From Pseudomonadota bacterium (GTDB lineage: Bacteria > Pseudomonadota > Gammaproteobacteria > Pseudomonadales > Halomonadaceae): a stretch of DNA of 64,000 nt. The position numbers and the translations under genes are program-made. How positions within the stretch are numbered: the stretch's first letter is position 1; each line of letters opens with the position of its first letter. The notes beneath the pieces are model-generated. The model saw nothing but the letters and a program-made list of their open reading frames with translations, was not told the origin of the DNA and searched no databases. The stretch covers positions 656 to 64,655 of the forward strand of contig JBNJJK010000012.1 in assembly GCA_051750125.1 (NCBI GenBank), written 5' to 3'. Positions 37,519 through 48,727 of the stretch are shown here, piece after piece.

Positions 37519-39960
37519 CTATTTGAATACCACCTTGGCGACATCGCGGTATCGATCCGCGAAATGCACCGTCATGCCCTCTTTCAGGTAGTCCGGCAGC
37601 TCGTCGTAATCGCGCCGGTTCGCCTCGGGCAGGATGACCTCGAAGATATCGCTGCGGCGTGCGGCGATCACTTTTTCGCGGATCCCGCCCACCGGCAGCA
37701 CCTGACCGGTCAGCGTCAGCTCACCGGTCATGGCCAGCGGCCGGTCAATGGCCTGATGCTTGGCCAACGACAGCAGCGCCGTGGTCATGCTCACCCCGGC
37801 CGAAGGGCCATCCTTGGGTGTCGCCCCTTCGGGCACGTGTAGGTGAACGAACGCAGAATCGAAAAAGTCGCTATCGGCGCCGTATTCCTGCAGGTGGCCA
37901 AGCGTGTAGCTGTAGGCAATATTGGCGGATTCCTGCATCACGTCGCCCAGCTTGCCGGTAAGTTTGAAGCCGCGGTCCAGCGAATGCACCTTGCCAGCCT
38001 CGATCGGCAGGGTAGCACCGCCCATGGCGGTCCAGGCCAGGCCGGTGACCACGCCCTCGCCTTTCAGGACCTTTTCCTTGCGGAAGGTCGGCGCCCCCAG
38101 GAATTCCTCGAGGTTTTTCACCGATACCTTGACCGTCTCGATGTCCTCTTCCAGGAGCTTGACCGCCGCCTTGCGCACAATCCGGTGCAGCTGCTTCTCT
38201 AGCTGGCGCACCCCAGCCTCGCGGGCGTAGCCCTCGATCACCTGCTTGAGCGCCGCATCGCTGAGCTGAATGCGCTTCTTGGGCAGGTTGTCGCGCTTCA
38301 GCAACTTGGGCCACAGATGATGCTTGGCAATCGCCAGTTTTTCCTCGGCGATGTAGCCCGACAAGCGGATCTGCTCCATACGGTCCAACAGCGCACCCGG
38401 TATGGAATCCAGAGTATTGGCCGTACACACGAACAACACCTTGGAGAGGTCCATGCGAACGTCCAGGTAGTGGTCGAGGAAATCGACGTTCTGTTCCGGG
38501 TCGAGCACCTCGAGCAATGCCGAGGCCGGATCGCCCTGGAAGGACTGGCCGAGCTTGTCGATTTCATCCAGCATGATCACCGGGTTTTCGACCTCCACCT
38601 CCTTGAAGGCCTGGACCAGCTTGCCCGGCATGGCCCCCACGTAGGTGCGGCGGTGGCCTTTGATCTCGGCTTCGTCGCGCATGCCGCCCACGGAGAACCG
38701 GTAGAACTGACGCCCCAGCGCTTCGGCGATCGAGCGGCCGACGGACGTCTTACCCACCCCGGGCGGGCCGACCAGCAGCACGATGGAGCCACCCACGTCG
38801 CCCTTGAACGAGCCTTCCGCGAGAAATTCGACAATCCGCTCTTTGACGTCTTTGAGGCCGTCGTGGTCGCGGTCCAGCACCTCCCGGGCGTGTGCCAGGT
38901 CCAGCTGGTCCTGGCTGGTCACTCCCCAGGGGAGCGAGGTCAGCCAGTCCAGGTAGTTACGGGTGGTACCGTACTCCGGCGAGCCGGTTTCCAGCACGCT
39001 CAGCTTGTCCAGCTCGTCGTCGATGCGCGACTGGACGCGCTCGGGGACCACCAGCGATTCCAGCCGGGCGCGAAAGGTATCCACGTCGTTTTCGCGATCG
39101 TCCTTGGAAATACCCAGCTCGCGCTGAATCACCTTCAGCTGCTCGCGCAGGAAGAACTCGCGCTGCCGCTCCTGCATCTGCGCGTTGACCTGCTCGCTGA
39201 TTTCGCTTTGCAGCTGGGCAACATCAATTTCCTTGCGCAACAGCGGCAGTACCTTCTGCATCCGCTCGGCGACGTCCAGCGTCGACAGCACGTCCTGAAG
39301 CTCCGGCCCCTTGGCGGAAGTAATCGCCGCGGCAAAGTCGGTCAAAGGGCCTGGCTGATGGGGGCTGAAGCGATTGAGGTAGTGCTTGAGCTCTTCGCCG
39401 TACAGCGGATTAATGGGCAACAGTTCCTTGATCCCATTAATGATCGCCATCGCATAGGCGCGGGTCTCTTCGTTTTCGGCATCCACCGGCTCTTTGGGGT
39501 AGCTGACTTCTACCAGATAAGGCGGCGTGGTGGACAACCAGCGCTGGATCTTGAAACGCTGTACGCCATGAGCAATGAACTGGATCTGGTGATCCTCGCC
39601 CTTCATCTTGTGGACCTTGACCGCCGTGCCGATGGAAGGAAAACCATCGCTGTCCAGCGAATCAACGCCCTGCTCGCCGACAAATGCCACACCCACGGTG
39701 TGGTGCGGCGTATTACCCACGCGGCGCATGGTTTCTTCCCAACGCTCGCGGTTGATCACCAGCGGCTGCACCTGGGCGGGAAAGAAAGGCCGGTTATGGA
39801 TCGGGAGTAGGTAGATACGCTCGGGAAGCATATCGCTGGCGGATACCAGCGAGTTAACCCGCTCGCCGTCAGATCGGAATTGATCGCCCTCGTCCTGCGA
39901 GGCCGGATCGTTGTCATCCTGCACGTTAAGGTCGTCTCGGTCGAATTCCTGGTCGCTCAT
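37519..39960 (-). CDS. lon: ATP-dependent Lon protease
   Basis: GPPGVGKTS, HRRTYVGAMPG, PKDGPSAG, GGIREK. Start set at MSDQEF (39960) after GGAGG; the longer ORF-track extension is not supported. Confidence 0.96.
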   Translation of the reverse strand: MSDQEFDRDDLNVQDDNDPASQDEGDQFRSDGERVNSLVSASDMLPERIYLLPIHNRPFFPAQVQPLVINRERWEETMRRVGNTPHHTVGVAFVGEQGVDSLDSDGFPSIGTAVKVHKMKGEDHQIQFIAHGVQRFKIQRWLSTTPPYLVEVSYPKEPVDAENEETRAYAMAIINGIKELLPINPLYGEELKHYLNRFSPHQPGPLTDFAAAITSAKGPELQDVLSTLDVAERMQKVLPLLRKEIDVAQLQSEISEQVNAQMQERQREFFLREQLKVIQRELGISKDDRENDVDTFRARLESLVVPERVQSRIDDELDKLSVLETGSPEYGTTRNYLDWLTSLPWGVTSQDQLDLAHAREVLDRDHDGLKDVKERIVEFLAEGSFKGDVGGSIVLLVGPPGVGKTSVGRSIAEALGRQFYRFSVGGMRDEAEIKGHRRTYVGAMPGKLVQAFKEVEVENPVIMLDEIDKLGQSFQGDPASALLEVLDPEQNVDFLDHYLDVRMDLSKVLFVCTANTLDSIPGALLDRMEQIRLSGYIAEEKLAIAKHHLWPKLLKRDNLPKKRIQLSDAALKQVIEGYAREAGVRQLEKQLHRIVRKAAVKLLEEDIETVKVSVKNLEEFLGAPTFRKEKVLKGEGVVTGLAWTAMGGATLPIEAGKVHSLDRGFKLTGKLGDVMQESANIAYSYTLGHLQEYGADSDFFDSAFVHLHVPEGATPKDGPSAGVSMTTALLSLAKHQAIDRPLAMTGELTLTGQVLPVGGIREKVIAARRSDIFEVILPEANRRDYDELPDYLKEGMTVHFADRYRDVAKVVFK

Positions 39961-40051
39961 GCACCCTCCAATCAGCACCTGCCGGTGGCGATTGCCGCTC
40001 GGCTTTGTGATGAAAATGCGGGCACATCGGGCAAACTTCAACCGTTGGCGA

Positions 40052-41308
40052 TCAAGGCCATAGCGAGGGCATGGGGCGACCATTGACGCGCCACTGGCCG
40101 CGCACCACATCGAACTCCAGCTCGCGCGTGCCCAGCGGCAGCCCCAGCCAAAGGGCCGCGACGGTCGGCGCATCGTGCCAGGTAAAGTCCCCGTCGATAC
40201 GTTCACGCCAGCGGGCTTGCTCTTCGGGCTCATCCAGCTGGGTGACCTGCAGCTCGTCCAACCGGCGATTATCGAAAAACAGCGCGCCGTCAGCATCCAG
40301 ACTGATGCCCAGCAGCGGACTGTCGACGGTGATGGTAGTGGCATCCAGGCGCGGCGAATCGCTTAACAGCTGGCGTAATTCCGGCTCAAGTCGCGTCAGG
40401 GTGCCTTCCGCCATGGGCAAGCGGGCGTCCCCCCAGGCGGCCTCCTGTCGCAGCTGGCGGATGGTGTCGCGCACCGCATCCGCATTGATTCGGGAAAGCT
40501 CCATGACCACGTGGCCGTTTTGCAGCAGTGGCGTATCGGGCGTTTCGGAAGGCACCATGACCTCGCCGATACGCAGCTCGCCTTTGATCCGCAACTCGTC
40601 TTCGTCAAGCATCATGCGGCTGTTGAGATCGAGCGGCGCCATCAGGATATCGAAACTGGGGTACGACAACGCCAGGCTATCGATATGCAGAAAGTCATGC
40701 TGGGTAAAATGATAGGCGTCTTCGGTGTAGGTGTAGCGGCTCTCCAGCATGGAGGCCCCGACCTGCAGCTCGGCCGGTCCGTCGGTGATAGTCAGCTTGT
40801 CCATCATCGCGCGCAACCGCCAGTCGCCATACACGCCTTCCAGACGAAGCTGCCCGCCACGCACGCCCAGCTCTCTACCGTTTTGCTGGATGATGAAAGG
40901 CGCCAGCGCCAGACGCAGATCGCTACGCCCGCTCAAGGTATGGTAGCGCCCTTCCCACCGCGGCACCGAGGGCGCCGAGACCTCGCCCAGGGCCTGCTGC
41001 AACACCGTGTCGAGACGCGGCAGCAAGGTGCCTTCCACGTCGGTGCTCAGGATGCCGTGCCGGGCGGTATAGTTAAGCTCCAGCCGCCAGGGGCGCCCCA
41101 GCAGCGGCGAGAGAATCAGTCGGCCCTGTGAACTTAACCACCCCTGCTGGCTCTCAGTACGCGTGACGCGCCATTCGCCACGCGCAGCCAGATCGTCCAG
41201 CGCCTGGCGCAGACTGCGTTCGAACAGCACGCTGGAAAGCAGTTGCGCGGCAATCCATAGCACGGCAATGACTGCCAGGACGGGGACAATCAGACGTTCC
41301 TTGCGCAT
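40052..41308 (-). CDS. DUF945 / YdgA-like membrane-anchored protein
   Basis: N-terminal hydrophobic anchor, QGWLSSQG..L, HGILS, terminal VNGRPMP. Confidence 0.6.
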   Translation of the reverse strand: MRKERLIVPVLAVIAVLWIAAQLLSSVLFERSLRQALDDLAARGEWRVTRTESQQGWLSSQGRLILSPLLGRPWRLELNYTARHGILSTDVEGTLLPRLDTVLQQALGEVSAPSVPRWEGRYHTLSGRSDLRLALAPFIIQQNGRELGVRGGQLRLEGVYGDWRLRAMMDKLTITDGPAELQVGASMLESRYTYTEDAYHFTQHDFLHIDSLALSYPSFDILMAPLDLNSRMMLDEDELRIKGELRIGEVMVPSETPDTPLLQNGHVVMELSRINADAVRDTIRQLRQEAAWGDARLPMAEGTLTRLEPELRQLLSDSPRLDATTITVDSPLLGISLDADGALFFDNRRLDELQVTQLDEPEEQARWRERIDGDFTWHDAPTVAALWLGLPLGTRELEFDVVRGQWRVNGRPMPSLWP

Positions 41309-41356
41309 GGCGTCTCCCTTGAGCCAAACGCGCCATCGGGCGGCGTTTTTGAACGA

Positions 41357-41830
41357 TCAGTGCAGCCAAAACCACAGATGCATTGTGCTCCAGGCGTATA
41401 TCCCTGCCATCACATCATCGATCATGATCCCAAACCCACCGGCTACACGCCGATCCGCCCAGCGAATGGGCCAGGGTTTGAACACGTCGAAAATACGGAA
41501 CACCACAAATCCCCACAGTGCAGATTCCCATGAAAACGGCACCGCCGCCATGGTAATCCAGTACCCCACAAACTCATCCCAGACAATACCGGAATGATCA
41601 TGCACCCCGAGATCGTGGGACGTTCTATCGCACAGCCAAACGCCAATGACGAAGGCAACAAAAACAATACTTAGGTACCAGCCTAGCGATAAATCGGCCA
41701 TTAACCAATAAAAAGGAATCGCCGCCAGGGTGCCAAAGGTGCCCGGCGCCCAGGGCACCGCACCACTGCCCAGTCCGAACGCAAAAAAATGCGTGGGCCG
41801 ACGCCAAACGCTCCCAGGGGCACGATTCAT
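41357..41830 (-). CDS. pgpA: Phosphatidylglycerophosphatase A
   Basis: APGTFGT, HDHSGIVWDE, FRIFDVFKPWPI, GIMIDDVMAG. Confidence 0.95.
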   Translation of the reverse strand: MNRAPGSVWRRPTHFFAFGLGSGAVPWAPGTFGTLAAIPFYWLMADLSLGWYLSIVFVAFVIGVWLCDRTSHDLGVHDHSGIVWDEFVGYWITMAAVPFSWESALWGFVVFRIFDVFKPWPIRWADRRVAGGFGIMIDDVMAGIYAWSTMHLWFWLH

Positions 41831-42804
41831 GGCGTTTCTCCCTTGAAATGCTGCCAGCCTTGATAGTGCTGAACGGGCAGTCCATGTACGCCGGGAGTAT
41901 CGCTGCACTCGCCGATCACGGTGAGCGGCACGCCCAGTGCCGCAAGCCGTTGGCGTGCCTGCTCGATGTGCGCGGCTGGCAGCGTCACCAGTAGTTCATA
42001 GTCGTCGCCCCCGGTCAATGCCGCCTGACGCATGGCGTCCTGCCCCATGGCGTCTGCCAGGCCCTCAGCCAATGGCAGGGCATCGATGTAAAGCGACGCC
42101 CCGACGCCAGAGGCGTCACGCAGATGCCCCAGGTCGGCGAGCAGACCGTCGGAGATATCGATCGCCGATGTCACCCACTCGCGAAGCGCTTCGCCGGCCG
42201 CCAGGCGAGGCGTCGGCCATAGGTAGCGCTGGAGTAGTGGATGCAAGCGATCACGCTCGCCCTGCTGCCAGAGGGCCAGGCCGCCGGCACCGCCACCCAA
42301 TGTACCGGTCACGGCAATGGCATCGCCGGGCCGGGCGCCACCGCGGGTAAGCGCCTCACCAACAGGCACTTCGCCCATAACCGTCACGCCAATCGAAAGC
42401 CCGCCTGCGGTCACGTCACCGCCGACCAGCGCGGTGGCGTGCTGCTTCGCCAGCGCGCCAAAACCCTGCGCATAGGCGGCAAGCCAGGCATGCGCCGCCT
42501 GATCATCGGCAAACCTGGCCTGGTCCAGTGTCAACGCCATCACGCACCAGCGCGATCGGGCACCCATCGCCGCCAGATCGCTCAGCGACACGGCAAGCGC
42601 ACGGTGGCCGATGGCTTCAGCAGGCGCATCGCCTGGGAAGTGGATATCGACCACCGAGGTATCCACGCTGACCACCAGCTGATGCCCCGCCTGCGGGGTA
42701 AGCAAGGCCGCATCATCGCCGACGCCCAACGCCACACCCTGCTGGCAGGCATCGTCAGACGACAACGTGAAATAACGTCGAATCACATCAAATTCGGCAA
42801 GCAC
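41827..42804 (-). CDS. thiL: Thiamine-monophosphate kinase
   Basis: EFDVIRRYF, GVGDDAA, SDLAAMGA, AIDISDGL, GGDDYEL. Confidence 0.96.
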   Translation of the reverse strand: MLAEFDVIRRYFTLSSDDACQQGVALGVGDDAALLTPQAGHQLVVSVDTSVVDIHFPGDAPAEAIGHRALAVSLSDLAAMGARSRWCVMALTLDQARFADDQAAHAWLAAYAQGFGALAKQHATALVGGDVTAGGLSIGVTVMGEVPVGEALTRGGARPGDAIAVTGTLGGGAGGLALWQQGERDRLHPLLQRYLWPTPRLAAGEALREWVTSAIDISDGLLADLGHLRDASGVGASLYIDALPLAEGLADAMGQDAMRQAALTGGDDYELLVTLPAAHIEQARQRLAALGVPLTVIGECSDTPGVHGLPVQHYQGWQHFKGETP

Positions 42805-42866
42805 AAAGGCCCCTTGAACGCAGCGTCAGCACGAGCGCGAAATCACCCGATCCCTGAAAGGGTCGG

Positions 42867-43370
42867 TTAGCGACGACGCGCACTGACCTCGGCACTCCGC
42901 AAGCGAATCGCCAACTTGTCGAGAATACCGTTCACGTATTTATGGCCGTCGGTGGCACCAAATGACTTGGCCAGCTCAACGCCTTCGTTTATGACGACGC
43001 GATAAGGTACTTCCATCCGCCGGGAAAGCTCGTAAGCACCCAGCCGAAGAATGGCCAGCTCAACGGCGTCCAGGTCTTCCAGGCGACGATCGAGCAGCGG
43101 CGAAATTTCTCGGTCCAGCTCGGCACGAAAGCGGGCCGTGTTGTGTAACAGCTCATGAAACAGCGCCTTGTCGGCAATTTCCATGACCTTGGCCCAGTTT
43201 TCGAAGTCTTCCATGTCGTCATCGGGCAGATGGCTGCGGAATTCGGCTTCAATGGTGCTGATCGACTTCCCGGTCATATGCCATTGGTAAAGCCCTTGCA
43301 CCGCCAGTTCGCGCGCCGCTTGCCGGCCCTGCTGGGCAGCCGAGGGCTTACGCTCACGACGCTCACTCAT
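42867..43370 (-). CDS. nusB: Transcription antitermination factor NusB
   Basis: [34 protein letters not shown]. Confidence 0.96.
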   Translation of the reverse strand: MSERRERKPSAAQQGRQAARELAVQGLYQWHMTGKSISTIEAEFRSHLPDDDMEDFENWAKVMEIADKALFHELLHNTARFRAELDREISPLLDRRLEDLDAVELAILRLGAYELSRRMEVPYRVVINEGVELAKSFGATDGHKYVNGILDKLAIRLRSAEVSARRR

Positions 43371-43854
43371 GTGCTTCACCTGGCGTAATCGCGCGGAGCA
43401 ACGAGACCATTTCCATCGCGGCCATCGCCGCTTCCGTGCCTTTGTTGCCGGCTTTGGTACCGGCGCGCTCAATGGCCTGCTCGATCGACTCGACGGTCAG
43501 CACGCCGTTGGCAATCGGCGTCTCGAACTCGAGTTGTAGCTGGTTGAGGGCGGTATTGCAGCCGCCCGCCACATACTCAAAATGCGGGGTGCCGCCGCGA
43601 ATCACAGCGCCCAGAGCGATAACCGCATCGGGTTTCACCACGTTGAGCACACGCTTGACGGCCAGCGGCAGTTCCCAGGCGCCGGGCACGTGCACGATGT
43701 CGATATGCTCCATATCGACGCCGTGGCGCACCAGGCTGTCCACGGCACCTTCCACCAGACTGTCCACCACATGGTGGTTGAAACGCCCGACCACGATGAC
43801 ATAGCGACCGTCGACGTCGACGTAGGTGCCTTCAACTTGAGAAAGGGATTGCAT
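43363..43854 (-). CDS. ribH: 6,7-dimethyl-8-ribityllumazine synthase
   Basis: [30 protein letters not shown]. Confidence 0.96.
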   Translation of the reverse strand: MQSLSQVEGTYVDVDGRYVIVVGRFNHHVVDSLVEGAVDSLVRHGVDMEHIDIVHVPGAWELPLAVKRVLNVVKPDAVIALGAVIRGGTPHFEYVAGGCNTALNQLQLEFETPIANGVLTVESIEQAIERAGTKAGNKGTEAAMAAMEMVSLLRAITPGEAHE

Positions 43855-43869
43855 CAAATGTATTCCTGC

Positions 43870-45027
43870 TTAAAGAGTTGACTCATCGGAAGTATCGTTC
43901 GGCCCAAGTCGCTCGACGACTTCAAGGTCGAAGCCGGAAAGCGCCGAGAACTTCCATGGCGAGCTGAGAAGACGCATTTTCCCTACGCCGAGATGGCGCA
44001 GTATCTGCGAGCCCGTGCCAATGGTTAGGTAGTTACCTGCCCCGTCGGAATCGCTGGTCCGCGGCTGACGCACGCGCTCCAGGAAGATATCCAACTGATC
44101 CTTGAGGTCCTGATGCGGACGACCATCGTCAATCAGCACCAGTACGCCGGCCTGTGCCGCCGCGATCTCCACCAGCGCCCGCTGGGCGTCCCAGCGGCAT
44201 TGATCGTCTTTGGTAAGCCCCAGTACATCACGCAGCGTATCGGCCAGGTGTACCCGCACCGTGGTCGGCGTTTCAGGAGTCGGCTGGCCCTTGACCAGTG
44301 CCAGGTGGTGCGCGCCCTGAATGCGGTCGCGGAAAACGTGCAAGGTGAGCTCGCCCTGGGCGGTCATGATCGGCGAGGTTTCCACCTGATCCACGGTCTG
44401 CTCGTTGACGATGCGGTAGTGGATCAGATCGGCAATGGTGCCCATCTTGATGTCATGGGCCGCCGCAAACGCCTCGAGCTCGGGGCGCCGCGCCATGCTG
44501 CCGTCGTCGTTCATGACTTCGCAAATGACGCCGCTCGGATCACAGCCCGCCAGGGCGGCCAGGTCGCAGGCGGCCTCGGTATGGCCCGCACGACGCAGCA
44601 CGCCGCCCGGCTCGGCCATCAGCGGAAAGATATGCCCCGGCTGGACAATATCCGTCGGTTTAGCGTTGGGTGCTACTGCCGCCTGGACGGTACGCGCCCG
44701 ATCAGCGGCTGAGATACCCGTCGTCACCCCTTCGGTGGCTTCAATAGAGAGGGTGAACTTGGTGCCATACCCTGATCCATTGTCGCGCACCATGAGTGGC
44801 AAGTTCAGCTGTTCGCAGCGGGCCCGCGTCATCGGCATGCAGATAAGGCCACGGGCAAAACGGGCCATGAAGTTGATATGTTCGGCCTGAACCTTCTCGG
44901 CGGCCATAATGATATCGCCTTCATTCTCGCGATCCTCATCGTCCATGAGAATCACCATCTTGCCCTGGCGAATATCGTCGACCAGTTCGGCAATGGGGGC
45001 TAATCCCCCAGAGGAAGCGTGCGCCAT
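43870..45027 (-). CDS. ribB: DHBP synthase fused to a degenerate GTP cyclohydrolase II-like domain
   Basis: [21 protein letters not shown] in the N-terminal domain; the C-terminal domain reads VRVHLADTL and lacks the RibA zinc cysteines. Confidence 0.92.
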   Translation of the reverse strand: MAHASSGGLAPIAELVDDIRQGKMVILMDDEDRENEGDIIMAAEKVQAEHINFMARFARGLICMPMTRARCEQLNLPLMVRDNGSGYGTKFTLSIEATEGVTTGISAADRARTVQAAVAPNAKPTDIVQPGHIFPLMAEPGGVLRRAGHTEAACDLAALAGCDPSGVICEVMNDDGSMARRPELEAFAAAHDIKMGTIADLIHYRIVNEQTVDQVETSPIMTAQGELTLHVFRDRIQGAHHLALVKGQPTPETPTTVRVHLADTLRDVLGLTKDDQCRWDAQRALVEIAAAQAGVLVLIDDGRPHQDLKDQLDIFLERVRQPRTSDSDGAGNYLTIGTGSQILRHLGVGKMRLLSSPWKFSALSGFDLEVVERLGPNDTSDESTL

Positions 45028-45070
45028 GGAATCTCCAAAAAGGTTGTCGCATTGGGTGCGATTTCGCGCG

Positions 45071-46237
45071 TCAGGGTACCTTGCTATCGTCACTTGCGCC
45101 AGTCGCCAGGGGCGAGGCGATAATCCGCCAGTCCTGCCCCACGGCGCGAATATCGTGGATCTTGAGACGCTGCTGGTCGGCCATCAGGCTCAGCCCCGGT
45201 AGTGCAAACAGTGGCCGCGCCTCTCCGCCTAGCAGCGTAGGCGCAACAAATAGCTGTAACTCATCGATCAAGGCGGCATTGATCATCGCCCCGGCCAGGG
45301 TGGCGCCGGTCTCGACCAGCAGCTCATTGACCGCTTCGTGGCGCGCCAGCCACGCAAGCAACGAGGGCAGGTCAACGCGGCCCTGCGCGTCGGCAGGCAG
45401 GGTCTGAACCTCGGCCCCGGCGTCGGTCAACCGCGCGCGCTTGTCGACGTCGTCACTGGTGGTCATCACCAGCGTCCGCCCCGGCGCCCGCAAACAGGCC
45501 GCCGCCAGCGGCAGCCGCAGCTGGCTGTCGACGATCACCCTGAGCGGCTGGCGACTGGCGATCGCGACAGCGTCGTCCAGCCCCAACTGCTCCGCGCGAA
45601 CGGTCAGCCGCGAGTCGTCCATGATCACCGATTCGACACCGCTAAGGATTGCGCTTGACCGGGCACGCAGTCGCTGGACCTGACAACGCGCCTCGGGGCC
45701 GGTAATCCACTGGGATTCGCCTGAGCCCATGGCGGTGCGGCCATCGAGGCTCATCGCCATCTTCAGGCGCACAAAGGGCCGACCGGCGGCCATGCGGGCA
45801 ATAAATCCGGGATTGAGCGCTCGCGCATCGTCGGCCAATAACCCAACCGCCACCTCGATGCCCGCTGCTTCCAGCAGGTGGATACCCCGACCCGCCACCT
45901 GGGGGTTGGGATCGATCATCGCCACCACCACCCGGGCTACCCCGGCGGCTTGCAAAGCCTCCGCGCAAGGGCCCGTGCGACCGGTGTGCGAGCAGGGCTC
46001 AAGCGTCACGTAAACGGTGGCGCCCCGTGCGCGATCCCCCGCTGCGGCTAGCGCGTGGATTTCCGCATGGGGTTCCCCCGCGCGGCGATGAAAGCCCTCA
46101 CCGACGACCTCACCGTCACGCACAATCACACAGCCCACACGGGGATTGGGATCGGTGGTGTACAGGCCGTGCGCGGCTAACGCAAGCGCTTGGGCCATAT
46201 GGCGGTGGTCCTGGGTACTGAACGATGCGGCGCTCAC
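45071..46237 (-). CDS. ribD: Riboflavin biosynthesis deaminase/reductase
   Basis: [25 protein letters not shown]. Confidence 0.96.
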   Translation of the reverse strand: MSAASFSTQDHRHMAQALALAAHGLYTTDPNPRVGCVIVRDGEVVGEGFHRRAGEPHAEIHALAAAGDRARGATVYVTLEPCSHTGRTGPCAEALQAAGVARVVVAMIDPNPQVAGRGIHLLEAAGIEVAVGLLADDARALNPGFIARMAAGRPFVRLKMAMSLDGRTAMGSGESQWITGPEARCQVQRLRARSSAILSGVESVIMDDSRLTVRAEQLGLDDAVAIASRQPLRVIVDSQLRLPLAAACLRAPGRTLVMTTSDDVDKRARLTDAGAEVQTLPADAQGRVDLPSLLAWLARHEAVNELLVETGATLAGAMINAALIDELQLFVAPTLLGGEARPLFALPGLSLMADQQRLKIHDIRAVGQDWRIIASPLATGASDDSKVP

Positions 46238-46710
46238 GACAACGGCCTGCCGTCCGTGGGTTCCTGGGAGAGACGATCGATTTCAGCCCGAAATTCATCC
46301 AGGTCCTGAAATTTGCGATACACCGAGGCAAACCGGATGTAGGCCACCTGATCCAGGTTTTTAAGCGCCTGCATGACTGACTCACCGATATCACGGGCGT
46401 CGATTTCCCGATCGCCCCGGGCACGCAGCGTCTGGCGAATCCGCTCGACGGCCGCCTCGATGGCTTCGGCGCTTACCGGCCGCTTTTCGAGCGCCCGTAG
46501 CATGCCCGCCCGCAGCTTGGTTTCGTTAAAGCTTTCCCGCGAGCCATCGGACTTGACCACGCGTGGCATGACCAACTCGGCGGTTTCATAGGTGGTAAAA
46601 CGCTCCTGGCAGCTTGCACACTGGCGGCGGCGGCGCACCTGGTCACCGTCGGCAACCAGCCGCGAATCGGTCACTCGAGTATCGTTAGCACCACAAAAGG
46701 GGCAATGCAT
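46234..46710 (-). CDS. nrdR: Transcriptional repressor NrdR
   Basis: [30 protein letters not shown]. Confidence 0.97.
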   Translation of the reverse strand: MHCPFCGANDTRVTDSRLVADGDQVRRRRQCASCQERFTTYETAELVMPRVVKSDGSRESFNETKLRAGMLRALEKRPVSAEAIEAAVERIRQTLRARGDREIDARDIGESVMQALKNLDQVAYIRFASVYRKFQDLDEFRAEIDRLSQEPTDGRPLS

Positions 46711-46853
46711 GGCGTTCAACCTGTTATCGGCCCGCGCTTCAACGCTGCACGAGCAAGCAAAATATGACCTATTAAAGCGTTATTAACCGGTCATTGTAAC
46801 GTTTTGGCACACAAGCTGCACCGTTTGTGGAGGCCTGTTTACCGGACATCATT

Positions 46854-48617
46854 ATGACTGCCTTCGACGCTCGCGTTCACGCCCACCTGGAGCATCTCTA
46901 CGGCCCCCGCGCCGACGAGGTCCAGCGTCGGCTCAATCAGCATCTAGCCCACTTCTTCGCGGCCACACAGCGCCAACCCACGGCCCTACCGCCTGCCGAG
47001 CTTGCACCATCATGGAGCGAAAAAGACCAGTGGCTGATCAGCTATGGTGACTCCATCGTCGACGAGCAGACACCTCCGCTCGCGGTGCTCGATGATTTTT
47101 TACAGGCGCGCCTCGGCGAGCTCATCAGCGGCGTCCACGTACTGCCGTTCTTCCCGTGGAGCAGCGACGACGGCTTTTCGGTGATTCACTACCGTGAAGT
47201 CAATCCCGAGCTCGGCGACTGGCCGCATATTCAAGCCCTCGCCCGCCACTACGACCTGATGGCAGACCTGGTGCTCAACCACGTCTCCCGCGAATCGCTG
47301 TGGTTCGTCGATTACCTGAGCGGCAGCCTGCCGGGGCGCGATTACTTTATCGAAGTCGACCCGGACACCGATATCTCGGGCGTCGTGCGCCCGCGCAGCA
47401 GCCCGCTGCTGGTGCCCATTTCCACCCGTCGCGGCACCCGCTATCTGTGGGCCACGTTTTCCGAGGACCAGCTTGACCTCAACTTCGAAAACCCCGACGT
47501 GCTGCTGGAATTTGTCGGCATCCTGCTGTTTTACCTCGAACAAGGCACCCGCATCGTGCGGCTGGACGCCGTCGCCTTCCTGTGGAAACGCCTGGGCACC
47601 GCCTGCATTCATCTTCCCGAAACCCACACCGTAGTCCGCCTGCTGCGCGCCATCGTCGACCACGTGGCCCCCGGCACCCTTCTGGTCACCGAAACCAACG
47701 TGCCGCACCACGAAAACATCAGCTACTTCGGGCTTGATCGTCTCGGCGACGGTCCACCCGACGAAGCCCACATGATTTATCAGTTCACCCTGCCACCGCT
47801 GCTGCTGCACACTCTCACCAGGGGCGAAACCAACACCCTGCAAACCTGGCTGGCAAGCCTGCCGCCGCTGCCCGATCACTGTACCTACCTCAACTTCACC
47901 GCCAGCCACGACGGTATCGGCGTGCGGCCGCTGGAAGGGCTGCTGCCCGACCACGAGCGCGATGCCCTGCTCGAGCTGATGCACCGTTTTGGCGGCTTTG
48001 TCAGCATGCGCAGCAACCCAGACGGCAGTGATACGCCCTACGAGATCAACATCACATGGTTCGAAGCCATGCAGGGCACCCGCAAAGGCCCCGACCCGTG
48101 GCAAATCGCGCGTTTTTTATGCAGTCAGGCGATCATGCTCAACCTCCAGGGCATCCCTGCGCTGTACATTCACACCCTGACCGGCACGCTCAACGACGTG
48201 GAAGGCGTCGAACGCAGCGGCCGCCTGCGCTCGATCAACCGTCGCCGCTGGCAGCGCCGCGAGCTCGACCTCCTGCTCGACAGCACCGCCACGCCCACCC
48301 ACGACGTGTTCAACGCTCTCAGCCGTCTGCTCGCGCGACGGCGCGAGGAAGCATGCTTTCATCCCAATGCGGCACAGCGGGTGGTGTCTTCCCCCCCGTC
48401 GCTACTGGCCATTGAGCGCGGCCCCCTCGCCGACGGCCGACGCCTGCTGGCGCTGTATAACGTCACGGAGCTACCGCTGGCGTTCGACCAGCTCGGCGCA
48501 GACGTTCAGCAGGCGTTATCGTCAGCGCTCTGGCACGACCTCAACGAGCAGGCGCCGGATTCACCCACGGCCTCGCTGCCGCCTTACGCCGTACGCTGGC
48601 TGGTAAGCCATGGCTGA
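46854..48617 (+). CDS. GH13_18 sugar phosphorylase, probably glucosylglycerate phosphorylase (YcjM-like)
   Basis: HVLPFFPWSSDDGF, DLVLNH, RLDAVAFLWK, TETN, ASHDGIG, PYEIN. Confidence 0.8.
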   Translation: MTAFDARVHAHLEHLYGPRADEVQRRLNQHLAHFFAATQRQPTALPPAELAPSWSEKDQWLISYGDSIVDEQTPPLAVLDDFLQARLGELISGVHVLPFFPWSSDDGFSVIHYREVNPELGDWPHIQALARHYDLMADLVLNHVSRESLWFVDYLSGSLPGRDYFIEVDPDTDISGVVRPRSSPLLVPISTRRGTRYLWATFSEDQLDLNFENPDVLLEFVGILLFYLEQGTRIVRLDAVAFLWKRLGTACIHLPETHTVVRLLRAIVDHVAPGTLLVTETNVPHHENISYFGLDRLGDGPPDEAHMIYQFTLPPLLLHTLTRGETNTLQTWLASLPPLPDHCTYLNFTASHDGIGVRPLEGLLPDHERDALLELMHRFGGFVSMRSNPDGSDTPYEINITWFEAMQGTRKGPDPWQIARFLCSQAIMLNLQGIPALYIHTLTGTLNDVEGVERSGRLRSINRRRWQRRELDLLLDSTATPTHDVFNALSRLLARRREEACFHPNAAQRVVSSPPSLLAIERGPLADGRRLLALYNVTELPLAFDQLGADVQQALSSALWHDLNEQAPDSPTASLPPYAVRWLVSHG

Positions 48618-48727
48618 AGGCTTAACAATAGCCGTCGGGAACAAGAAAAGGATGTCTGGCGACGCCGCCCGCGTTAGTCTACGCGCCTCACTCTGCAACG
48701 ATGACTCTGCAAAAATCGAGGAGCGTT

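Noticed and set aside
39961-40344. 128-aa N-terminal extension of Lon in the ORF track
   Set aside because: Overlaps the neighbouring DUF945-like gene, has non-protein-like composition, and the RBS supports the start at 39960.
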